Part shown: piece by piece, positions 40,493 to 50,197 of the stretch | Numbering within the stretch: position 1 is the stretch's first letter | Layout of the letters: each line of letters opens with the position of its first letter | NCBI GenBank assembly: GCA_046761065.1 | Contig: JBHIFL010000021.1 | Coordinates: forward strand, 1-52,113 | From: Candidatus Heimdallarchaeota archaeon | Lineage (GTDB): Archaea > Asgardarchaeota > Wukongarchaeia > Wukongarchaeales > JBHIFL01 | Length of the DNA stretch: 52,113 nt | Direction: 5' to 3' | The notes under the pieces: model-generated | Databases searched by the model: none | Told to the model about the DNA's origin: nothing | What the model saw: the letters and a program-made list of their open reading frames with translations, nothing else | Program-made: the position numbers and the translations under genes

Positions 40493-40905
40493 ATGCTAGA
40501 CTTACGGAAAGTGGACTTCTCATCGATTCTCAAAAACAGTGATATTGACCTGATAATTTTATTTGGCTCTGCAGTTGTTGATCAAACCACGCCCTTAGTG
40601 ACGTGGATATAGCCGTGTTTTTTTCTTCGAAAATAGCTCCCTCCGATCTTTTTAATAACGGTTTGATGGTTTCTTACAAGTTCGAAAAGTTGCTAAAATC
40701 TGAGAATATCGATTTAGTTGTTTTAAATATGGCTCCTCCCGCACTGAAATATGAAATTATGACAAAATGCGTTCCAATATATCGTAAGACCCCCGAATTA
40801 TTTGAAAGGTTCTTCTCTGTCGCAATTCGTGAGTTCTTGGATTTTCGATATTTTTCGGATGTTCATACGAAGACCGCATTCGACTACTTGGAGCGTGGCA
40901 CGTAA
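40493..40905 (+). pseudogene. mntA: MNT nucleotidyltransferase antitoxin, frameshifted
   Basis: MLDLRKVDF...LIILFGSAVVDQTTP in one frame, SDVDIAVFF...IDLVVLNMAPPALKYEI in another; shift near 40590-40597. Confidence 0.8.
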
Positions 40906-41329
40906 TTGGCCAACCTAGGGAATACAGAACGTGTCAAGAGACTAGCTGACACTCTCAAAAAGCTTGAGCGAATTCAAAAAATACCTCTTGAGCAATTCTT
41001 GGGGGATCTTTTTCTTTCCGATGCGGCGGAACGGAATCTTCAGGTTTCCATAGAAATTTTACTCGATTTAGGAAATAAGTTGATCGCTAAAAGAGAGCAA
41101 ACAAGACCCCAAACACTTGCTGATGTTTTCGTGATTCTTTGCGATTGCGACATTTTGCCTCATTCCTTGAGGAATGATCTAGTTCGAATGGACCGGTCGG
41201 AACCTGCTTGTCCACAGTTATGCAAAAATTGACAAGACGCAGGTATATAGGATTGTTCAAAATAGAATCGATCAATTGAAGACTGTTGGAAATCTACTGG
41301 CAAAAGCTCTCGAAGAAAAATCAAAATAA
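40906..41329 (+). pseudogene. hepT: HepT-like (DUF86) toxin, frameshifted just before the catalytic motif
   Basis: AAERNLQVSIEILLDLG in the ORF frame; RNLLVHSYAKID...EEKSK* (Rx4H) in a shifted frame from about 41195 to TAA 41327-41329. Confidence 0.8.
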
Positions 41330-41683
41330 TTACCACTTCTGTGTGGCTTTCAGAGTGCCTCCAAGTTTTTGGAATCCCTCTCAAACTCACCTGTCATTAA
41401 GAGATGGCATTTTAAGAGAGTTCGTAAGAATCTACTCGAATAACGATTACATTTAGAATTCTATTGATATTCCTTTAGAATTCTAATAGAATTCTATTGG
41501 TATCAGCAACGAGGCTTGCTATACGCGGTTTATCAACGTTGGTATTTTCTTCTGTGTCGATTTGCGGGCGGGAGCCGAAGATATTCTATCTGGGCTGTTG
41601 GAACCTCCTCGATCGACTTGAGTACGACGATTCTGGAAGATCACGAGAAGTGGTTGCACCCACAATCTTGTCTCCCTCCATAT

Positions 41684-42433
41684 TTAAACGGAAAAACCAA
41701 GCTGTTGAAGTACTTGGACGCCTCTTTCTGGATAGTTCGTTAAAATTCCGTCGATTTTTAGATCTCGAAAAAGATGGATCATTTCCTTCGGATCATCTGT
41801 CCAAAAGAAATTGGCTTTGATACCTTGCTCGTGAAATCGTTCGACCCACTCGCTCGTCGCTGCCGATTTTCTAATTTGAACAATTGGAAGATCCCACTTG
41901 CAACACAGATCTAACGCTTCTTTTGGCGTCCTTTCTTTTTGCAAAAGACCTAACGGACAGTCAGGGGACAATTCTTTGAGGAGAGGAATAGTTTCAATGT
42001 GCTTAATGGCTAGATATCCTCTATGGGGGAGGTGGTGCTCCAAGGCAACGTCTAGAACTGACCGCTCAAACCAGTCCTCATGGGGTGAATGATACTTGAG
42101 TTCGAGGTTCAAGTTTATAGATCTTGGCAGCTTCTCTAAGATTTCGTGGAGGAGTGGAACTCTCGTTCCTTCCCACTGGGGGGCTTTCCATCGTCCGACA
42201 TCAAGTTGCTGGACTTCTCGCCATGCCAGCTCGGATATTTTTTGGGGGATGCCAACAATGCGTTCCAGAGTTTGGTCATGGAAGAGGATTAACTTTTTGT
42301 CAGCAGTCGGTTGAATATCCATTTCAACACAAGTAGCGCCCAATTCTACGGCTCCTAAAAACGATGGAAGTGTGTTTTCTGGGTAATGCCCCGAAGCTCC
42401 GCGATGGGCAATAATCCAAGGTAATTGGCTCAT
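41684..42433 (-). CDS. Glycerophosphodiester phosphodiesterase (GDPD)
   Basis: IAHRGAS..YPENT, EMDI, FHD, NLELK and DGILTNYP motifs. Confidence 0.93.
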   Translation of the reverse strand: MSQLPWIIAHRGASGHYPENTLPSFLGAVELGATCVEMDIQPTADKKLILFHDQTLERIVGIPQKISELAWREVQQLDVGRWKAPQWEGTRVPLLHEILEKLPRSINLNLELKYHSPHEDWFERSVLDVALEHHLPHRGYLAIKHIETIPLLKELSPDCPLGLLQKERTPKEALDLCCKWDLPIVQIRKSAATSEWVERFHEQGIKANFFWTDDPKEMIHLFRDLKIDGILTNYPERGVQVLQQLGFSV

Positions 42434-42810
42434 GTTTTCACCTTTTTGCTGATTTTAAGAGGTATTAACGTGCTTATTAGAACTGGAACGTACCTCGTGA
42501 ATAAAGTCCTCCAAATCGAATAAGATTCTTTAAATATCCCTCTAATTTTGCTGATAAAAGCGCAAAACCAACTTGGATTCCATTGCCTTGTTTTGATTCC
42601 TAATGAGGAAAAAAGATCCTGCATTATGGCAAAAGCTTTCAATCTGGAAGAATATTGAAATGTATGAAGCTTCAGAAATGGCAATTTAACACTTCAATTC
42701 ATCTCCTGCTGGATATGTGAACAGAAGTCTCCTGCTTAAAGACGTTTACTCGGTCATATGGATGTGATCCCATCTCAACGGGGCTTTTAGATCCCAAGGA
42801 GCGACGACCA

Positions 42811-43887
42811 ATGAAGCAAAGGGATCCAATCCGGAGGACCCATCAATCCCCTGAAGAAGAGCTTGCACCAGACGTATATCCGACCCTACAAGAACTCCAT
42901 GATTGCAAACTCTGCTCCTGGAAGTGCAGCGTGGATCGCTTAGCTAATGAACGGGGTGTTTGTTTACTGGGTCTTCCCGAAGTCACTTCGTTTCAGCTCC
43001 ATCCGGCACCATCGGCTTCATTTACAGTGTTTACGGTCTCCTGCAATTTCAAGTGTTTGAATTGTCAAAACTGGAAGATCGCTCACGGCTATCTTCGTGA
43101 TCCTACCCAATCACTGGGCTGGGTCGCCCCCCGGCTTATTGCGAAAGAGGGGCTCCGTTCTATTCATTCCATCTGGGGAAAATTGATTGCCGCGGATCGA
43201 TTATTTTTCAGTGGGGGCTCTCCCGCCGTTGCTCTGCCCTGGGTTGAGCATATGGTTTGGGAAGCCAAACAAATTGATCCCTCTGTCAAAGTGAACTTTG
43301 ATACGAACGGCTTTCCCACTCCAGAGAGTTTTAAGCAGATCCTTCACCTCTCCGATTCCATCACTTTTGATATCAAAGCGGCCAGCGACTTACTCCACCG
43401 AGAACTGACCGGTGCACCTGTCGAACCCGTGCTACGAAATGCGGAAACGATGGCCCGCTACCGGGACAAGCTGTGGGAATTCCGCATCCTCGTGATCCTC
43501 GGCATCATTGACCAGCATGAAATTACGAATATTGTGGAATTCATTCTGAGTCTCGATCCTTCGCTCCCTGTGTGTTTTTTGGCCTTTCGCCCCAATTTTT
43601 GTCTTGACCTTCATCTCGGAGCAACTACAAAGCTCATGAAACAAGCTGTCCACCTTGCGAAAGGACTAGGACTTGAAACAGTGAGCTGGGCTGGGTTCAC
43701 CGATATCTCGGGAACCCCGATTCCACCCGATCTTTCCCTCCAAGCGAAGTATCAGCGAGCAGAAGAACAGATGGCTGCCACTTACGCAAGGCGTGCAGGG
43801 TGCTGGACTACTCCAAGAGCGTGTGGCACATGCGTCAGAAAGCTAGATTGTCCCCTGAAGAATTATGTGTCCTTGAGAAGTACCTGA
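42811..43887 (+). CDS. Radical SAM protein, PFL-activase/PflX-like, with extra Cys clusters
   Basis: CNFKCLNCQN (CX3CX2C), N-terminal CKLCSWKC...GVC, FSGG, DTNG, FDIKA and C-terminal C...CGTC...C. Confidence 0.88.
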   Translation: MKQRDPIRRTHQSPEEELAPDVYPTLQELHDCKLCSWKCSVDRLANERGVCLLGLPEVTSFQLHPAPSASFTVFTVSCNFKCLNCQNWKIAHGYLRDPTQSLGWVAPRLIAKEGLRSIHSIWGKLIAADRLFFSGGSPAVALPWVEHMVWEAKQIDPSVKVNFDTNGFPTPESFKQILHLSDSITFDIKAASDLLHRELTGAPVEPVLRNAETMARYRDKLWEFRILVILGIIDQHEITNIVEFILSLDPSLPVCFLAFRPNFCLDLHLGATTKLMKQAVHLAKGLGLETVSWAGFTDISGTPIPPDLSLQAKYQRAEEQMAATYARRAGCWTTPRACGTCVRKLDCPLKNYVSLRST

Positions 43888-44014
43888 ACTGAAGAAAAAG
43901 TAAAATAACTATATAATCAACTAATAACAAAGGAATTCAGTACGTATATTTATAGCTATCAATATTACGATAGGGTTAAAAGTACCCGCTCTAAAGGCAG
44001 ATTGAGGCAAGCGT

Positions 44015-45208
44015 ATGACATATTTAATCGGTGAAGCGCTCACCGGTTCCGGTGATGAGCTGGCTCATATTGACTTATGTATAGGCGATAAAGAAGGTGC
44101 AGTAGGACAAGCGTTTGCAGAAGCCCTGGCAAACCCAACAGCTGGCCATACCCCGCTGCTAGCGGTCATCCGCCCCAACCTTCCCCCCAAACCCCATACG
44201 CTTGTCGTTCCTAAAGTTACAGTTAAGGACATGGACGATGCGGGGAAAATCTTTGGTCCGGCACAAGCTGCGGTCGCCAAAGCGGTGGCCGATGCCGTGG
44301 AGGAAGGGGTCATCCCCAACGCCAAACTCGATGAGTGGGTCATAATCTGTGGGGTCTTCATCCACCCGAAAGCCACAGATTATTCCAAGATCTATCAATA
44401 CAACTATACAGCCACTAAACTCGCGCTCAAACGGGCCATGCAAAATTACCCACCTCTCGAGAAAATCCTTTACGAGAAAGACCGCGCGAAACACCCCATC
44501 ATGGGCTTCCGCCGCCCTCGTTTGTGGCGCCCCCCTTATTTGCAGATCGCTTTAGATGTCCCCAGCATGACCGCGGTTGAACGGCTTTTGCTCCAATTAC
44601 CGGATAGTGACCGTTTAATCCTTGAGGCGGGGACCCCCCTCATCAAGAAGTATGGCGTCAGCGTGGTTACTAAGATTCGTGCGTTGAAACGCGATGCCTT
44701 TATCGTTGCCGACCTCAAGACCATGGATGTTGCGAAGGTGGAAGTGGATCTCGCCTTTGAGGAGTCGGCCGATGCGGTTTCCGTCTTAGGGACCGCGGCA
44801 CTCCCCACCATTGACAATGCGATTTATGAAGCCGATCGCATGGGCATCTACTCGATCTTGGACACCATGAACATTGACGATCCCGTGGCTCTCATTGAAA
44901 CCTTGAAAACGCCACCTAAGATCGTCCTGCTCCATCGCTCCGTGGATGTGGAGCGTGCCGGGGGGGAAACGGCTGATAAACGCTGGCAATTCTGTAAAAC
45001 CCTTAAAGCAACTTACCCGCAACTCCTCGTCGCCGTTGCCGGCGGGCTCCGTCCTGATAACGTGTCCGACGCTCTAAAGCGCGGAGCGGACATCCTCGTC
45101 GTTGGTCGCTACATTACCCAGTCCAAAGACGTCCGCCTGTCCGTTGAGGAGTTCCTCGAGCAGTTTAAAGAACGAGAAATCGACCTCTTCCGCGAACACG
45201 TCGAATAA
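44015..45208 (+). CDS. fae-hps: Bifunctional formaldehyde-activating enzyme / 3-hexulose-6-phosphate synthase
   Basis: IGEAL..G.ELAHIDL, GHTPLLAVIRPN and FGPAQAAVAKAVAD (Fae); LQIALD, LEAGTPLIK, ADLKTMD and VAVAGG (HPS). Confidence 0.95.
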   Translation: MTYLIGEALTGSGDELAHIDLCIGDKEGAVGQAFAEALANPTAGHTPLLAVIRPNLPPKPHTLVVPKVTVKDMDDAGKIFGPAQAAVAKAVADAVEEGVIPNAKLDEWVIICGVFIHPKATDYSKIYQYNYTATKLALKRAMQNYPPLEKILYEKDRAKHPIMGFRRPRLWRPPYLQIALDVPSMTAVERLLLQLPDSDRLILEAGTPLIKKYGVSVVTKIRALKRDAFIVADLKTMDVAKVEVDLAFEESADAVSVLGTAALPTIDNAIYEADRMGIYSILDTMNIDDPVALIETLKTPPKIVLLHRSVDVERAGGETADKRWQFCKTLKATYPQLLVAVAGGLRPDNVSDALKRGADILVVGRYITQSKDVRLSVEEFLEQFKEREIDLFREHVE

Positions 45209-45358
45209 CCGCTTCTTGGTGTACGAAAGCTCCGGAGAGCGGGGTTTGCGTCTATTCCGTCGAGTACGTGTCATGTCGCATGGGATTCACCACGAAACGG
45301 ATGGCTCATTTGTGTTCCGGGGATCTTCCGTCTCGACAGAGTCAGGAATTGCACCTGG

Positions 45359-45814
45359 CTATCCAGCTAGGGGTGCCGAAGCAGGGAGGGAAGTTGAGGT
45401 CGAAGTTCGTAACAGGAACAGAGCCCAATTAGCCACGCCGACCAAGCGATTGCGGAGGGTTTCAATGGGCTGAGCTTTCGAAGCTGTGAAACTGTTGAGC
45501 TCCTGTGAGTGATAGATGAGGGAATAGAGCTGGTAGACGGAGCGGTGAGCGGCCTGTTCGAGATGTTGGATGAGCTGATCGATATTAATGGGAGCCACCT
45601 TGCGGCGGCGCGTCGGGAGGGAGAGGAGGCGGGCGTAACGGGAGGTGCGCGAGTTGGCTTCTTGGAGGAGCTTGAGTTTCGGATAGGTGGGGTGGACCTT
45701 AGAATGGTGGTGTTCATACAACCATTGGACATAAGGGTCCGGGATTGTTATAGTCCGGCCTAATTTGGAGGGGTGGAGGGCAGTATCCACGAGATCGTGA
45801 AGGAGGGCGGCCAT
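45359..45814 (-). pseudogene. N-terminally truncated HD-domain gene fragment
   Basis: Begins at AALLHD, followed by HHH and LQEAN (expected AD). The first HD-family His is absent, and only ~50 nt separate it from the upstream gene. Confidence 0.55.
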
Positions 45815-45863
45815 GACGAGAGAAAATCAGGAACCTGATTTTCCTACTCCGATTGCTAGTCTG

Positions 45864-46835
45864 CTATTTCTTCAAGGTGTTGATGGCCTTTTTCGCCCAA
45901 TCCGGGTCCTTTAGAAATGCGCGACCTACCGCAACTAAATCAACCTGGCCCTCTTGGATTACTTTGTTCGCATACTCAGGATCTGTGATTCCTCCAACCC
46001 CAATTACCGGGCTATCTATCACTTCTTTGATTTTTTGGGCTTGTGGGATGAAATACCCTTGGTGTCCTTGTAATTGAGTAGGTCGGCTACCGCTCAACCC
46101 CCCTGATATATCTAAGATATCCACCCCGGTGTCTTCTAGCTTTTTTGCAAATTTTTGAGAGTCTTTGATCGTTGTCCCCTCCGGCATTAGATCGTCGGCA
46201 CCTAACCGGTACAGGATCAACCTTCCCCCTACCTGATCTATCACGCGTTCTACTACTTCTAGGGGGAATCTCATCCGGTTTTCTACCGCTCCGCCATACT
46301 GGTCCTTACGTTGATTGGAGAGGGGCGAAAAAAACTGGTTTAAAAGAAACCCATGTGCCCCATGAATTTCTACGCCGTCATACCCCGCCTTCACTGCTCT
46401 TTCTGCGGCCATTACGAAGGTTTCAGCAAGGGAGTCCAGCTCTTCTACTTGAAGCTCTCGTGCCGCGTCGGTTGGAGAAGGGGCAACCGGTTGCATCCCC
46501 GTTATCTCCTGCGTTGTGGTTCTTCCGGCGTGGTTTAGCTGAATTACCACAGGTGTGCCTGTAGCATGAACCTGGCTCGCAATCCGTTCCAAACCCGGAG
46601 TCAATCGGTCATCGTATATCCCAAGTTGCTTTTCCGCGAGCTTTCCTTCCAGAGACACGTAGCTATGCTCGACGATCATAAGGCCGAGGCTTCCTGAACG
46701 GCGCACATAGTGATTCACGAGCGCATCCGTTACCATTCCCTCCGTGGTCGCCAAACTGTTTTGCATTGGGGGCATTACAATTCGGTTTTGCAGCGTTATC
46801 CCTTTTACTTCTAACGGGTCTAAGAGGCTAGTCAA
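45864..46835 (-). CDS. NADH:flavin oxidoreductase (Old Yellow Enzyme family)
   Basis: LQNRIVMPPM, IQLNHAGR, GYDGVEIHGAHGFLLNQFFSP..N.R.D.YGG..ENR and VAVGRAFL. Confidence 0.95.
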   Translation of the reverse strand: MTSLLDPLEVKGITLQNRIVMPPMQNSLATTEGMVTDALVNHYVRRSGSLGLMIVEHSYVSLEGKLAEKQLGIYDDRLTPGLERIASQVHATGTPVVIQLNHAGRTTTQEITGMQPVAPSPTDAARELQVEELDSLAETFVMAAERAVKAGYDGVEIHGAHGFLLNQFFSPLSNQRKDQYGGAVENRMRFPLEVVERVIDQVGGRLILYRLGADDLMPEGTTIKDSQKFAKKLEDTGVDILDISGGLSGSRPTQLQGHQGYFIPQAQKIKEVIDSPVIGVGGITDPEYANKVIQEGQVDLVAVGRAFLKDPDWAKKAINTLKK

Positions 46836-47868
46836 GATAATCCGTCCTTTACACTTTTTTTTGATAGCCTATCTACTTTATTGTATGTTATCGGTTATTT
46901 TACTCTTTCGGGGAGAAAAAGTATCCGTGTGGACGGGCTTACTTATTTCTCATATGGTAAGATATCTACTTATTAGCTTACTTTTTGTGGAAGATTGAAA
47001 ACTAGCTCAGAAACCGCAGTTATCCCTTCTTTGTGAAATATTCCCTCAGTATCCTTTGCTGTTGCACTTTCAGCAGGAGGGTTGATCCTCGCGTCCATAC
47101 CGCTAGGGGAATCTTCAACCGCGCCTGGATATCACTCAGCGCCTTGCTTAATATTGTGAATTGTTTGGAAGCTTTAGCTAGCGCGTGACGGGCATTTCCC
47201 GAGATAACCAGACTCCAACCGGCAAATAATATGCTTCCGAGAATTCCCGCTTCCGGGACTTCGAGACTTCCGGCGGATAATCAAAACATAACCGCCTTCC
47301 TTCAAAGCAAATTAAGGTCTAAAGGGTACTCACTCTCGATACTACCAGTTAGGTAGGTCAGAATTCGCTCAACGCGGCACTAATACCGGAAGGATTAAAA
47401 ATCGAGTATTGGCACAATTTAGATTTGATGAACTCCTTTCAGTGACCCCTAGCAACGGATACCGGATCGTGTAAAGGCGGATTCTCATGATTCCGTCATC
47501 CGGTGGCTTGGTAGTGAAAACAATCCCTACCCCGCAGGCTACAGCGCCATCCCTGTCAGTAATTCCCTAATCGACGAACCTGGCCTCTTATCCAACGTAG
47601 ATATCGAATTCTAGGATGGAATCTCAAGGGTTTTAAGGTCGGAGGCCGAGTAAGCCTTTCACTTCCTGGGCAAAATACCGCACCACCTGGAGGGCCTAGT
47701 TCGCTTCCCGCTTGGTGGGGCGTTTTAGTTCATAGTAGAGGTCATTTCGCAGGATTCTTAGCCATCGAAGCCCCTTTTCCGATCACAAGCGGACTCCGAT
47801 ATTGCGCAATGTCGGGATCACGATCCAACCACAATCTATCACGAGGGTGGGAGTTCTCCCGTGGATAG

Positions 47869-49060
47869 CTTATCCGGGCTGCCGAGGATGATATCCTGTT
47901 GCTATTTGATTTTCACGACAGTGTGAAAGCTCTTGCGGACAATGGCCCGCGCTCGCAGCTCCCCCAGATCTCCCCTGATGTCTTCTTGGAAGCCTTCTAT
48001 ACCCAAGCCCTTTCTGTCCGTTCTCTCAGTGATACGGAAAAAACCATCATTGCCCGCACCATTGCCCTCAACTGCGCAGACGCCCAACACTTTGGGACGG
48101 AGCTGCACCTCCCCCGCTCCACCGCTTACCATGTCGTCAAACATTGCGTCATGAAACTCCACCTGGAAGAACGCCGCTATTTGAAGCAGTACTGTATCGG
48201 CCTTGAACCGACCCTACTCTTCTTCTTGCACATGCGGGAGCAAGCCACGGCCCGTGTTGACCAGTACTTTCGGGCCAGCCCCTCTACAATGCGGCCCGCC
48301 TGCTCCCCCCGGGAAAGGAGCAGTCCGGTCAAGATGGCCTGACCCTCCTCATCAGTCTCTGGTTCCCCGGTCTTATTGCCCACAAGCTCATGACACGCGT
48401 GAAGCACTTTACCGCAACCCACGGCTTTCCTGGGGTCCATTGGTTCCGATATGACGGTTTTACCACGGTTTTGTGCTCCGACGGTTCGGCATTGACGTGG
48501 AAACTTCTCGCGCCTTTAATTTACGCGGTGGCGTCGTGGCAACCCGTGTGGCTCTCCACCCGGGTGACTTGGCCATTCCCGGACAACGGCTCCTGACCCG
48601 CCCCGCGCGCCCTTTGCGCGAGGTTGCCCGGGCGACTGGATTTTCTATCAAGCGCGCATTTGCTACGAAGAAGCGCTTGCTGTCTGAGTTGATCGCCGGG
48701 GACGATGTCGCCGTCCTCCTAGAGCACTTCTTATCAGTTCGAGAGTTCCGCCTCTTCATCAGGGCCCAGACGCCCGACGAAGTCGCATATTTCCGGACGG
48801 CGTTTCCCGAGCATTATTGTTTCTGTGATGTGAACGATCAGGAACTCCATGTCCTGTTGCTGGTGCCCGACAGGCAAACCCGTGACCTCAAAGCCTTTGT
48901 AGCGAAGCGCGCGGAGCGTGTGGTTCTGGCTGGGTTCAACTGTGGCCCCTTGTACAACTACATCTTCAACCTCGCTGACTTAGAAGCGGAGTATGACTAT
49001 GGCACCGACGAATGGAAAGACCCCTTCCGGTCGCCGGACCGGTGGGACTGGCTGCACTAA
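47869..49060 (+). pseudogene. Tandem winged-HTH (Lrp/AsnC-like) regulator, frameshifted
   Basis: HTH1 LSDTEKTII...ELHLPRSTAYHVVK and HTH2 RPLREVARATGFSIKRA...KKRL lie in different frames (47899-48342, 48390-48596, 48473-49060); in-frame TAG at 47866. Confidence 0.6.
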
Positions 49061-49246
49061 CAGCTCTCATATACAAAGTCTAAAATATACACCTAGGAAA
49101 CTTTGAGCGAATACAAGCGAGAGGTGGTACCGCGAAGCAAGCACGTATTTGCATTTCAAGTTTTTTCTGACAGGATCCTCGGCTCTCATAGCAACACCGA
49201 GAGGCCAGCAAATTGAAACTTCGGATGGGGGAACCGTGATATGATG

Positions 49247-49783
49247 TTAAGTCGAACGATGTGGCCAACACGCTGAAAACTCATCTAAAGCGTGGTAATT
49301 AATCACGAGGTCCCAGAATCCCCACTCCACCCAACATCCCATCTCCACTAATCTCGCCTTTAAATCTTTTGAGGGACGGTCGATCCATTGAGATGCGATC
49401 ATCCGCCTTGTTCTTTTTGTGCGAATCCGAGGCAGCGATTGGACCACTCGATTGATTTCAGGGGGAATTTCTGCGGAATTTTCAGGGAAAAGTTGTGTCA
49501 ACATTTTGGAAAGGAAAACGGCTAACCGCGCTTTGGAAGGCGATTCGCCAATTCCTTTACTCCAGAGCTCTTCCACTGTTGTAACGAGCTCTTCTACTGT
49601 TGAAACATCCCGTCGCTCACACAGCACCCCCTTCTTGAGAAGATCCACATCAGCCGGCAGCACATGATGGAAGCGGGTTGTTCGTGCGATAAGACGAAGA
49701 GAAGTATCAGGGGATCCAGGAATCGGTTCTAGGATCACGGGCGGAGTTAAAATTTTTTTATATGGGATCTTCAATTGCCACAC
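49247..49783 (-). CDS. Hypothetical protein, possibly 3'-truncated
   Basis: 178-aa ORF preceded by an AT-rich, TATA-like region; no motif recognised. Confidence 0.55.
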   Translation of the reverse strand: MWQLKIPYKKILTPPVILEPIPGSPDTSLRLIARTTRFHHVLPADVDLLKKGVLCERRDVSTVEELVTTVEELWSKGIGESPSKARLAVFLSKMLTQLFPENSAEIPPEINRVVQSLPRIRTKRTRRMIASQWIDRPSKDLKARLVEMGCWVEWGFWDLVINYHALDEFSACWPHRST

Positions 49784-50197
49784 CCGCGAATTGCCTTTAC
49801 TATTATATAATACATTCTTATAATTTAATATTTCAATTCTTCAGGCTTCAATATTTGATCTCAATTTGAATGGAACTTGCTCCCAGCATCATTCTAAATC
49901 GAAAAAGAAAGAAATTGTCAGCTTTTAGAACTTTAACAATCCACTAGAGAGATATTTGAACAAATCCCGCCCCCCGCGGAAATCTGAGGATACTTTTTAT
50001 ACAGGTCTCCATTTTGTTTATATCAAAGCTATGCATTGGTTAAAATCTGTAATCATCGAAATTGTGGATCAAATTGAAAATAGCAGTTTATCTCCCAGTC
50101 AAACTAATGAGGACGTGTTGCCTGAGCTTTTTTATGTCCAGATTAATTACATATCTCTTAATGCAACAATAAGAAACTCGATTTAATGGCTAGTCAT

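Noticed and set aside
41497-41820. Plus-strand ORFs overlapping the GDPD 3' end
   Set aside because: Antisense overlap with a confident gene; no motifs.
42430-42684. 84-aa ORF upstream of GDPD
   Set aside because: No recognisable motif or convincing start; could be a relic but is unsupported.
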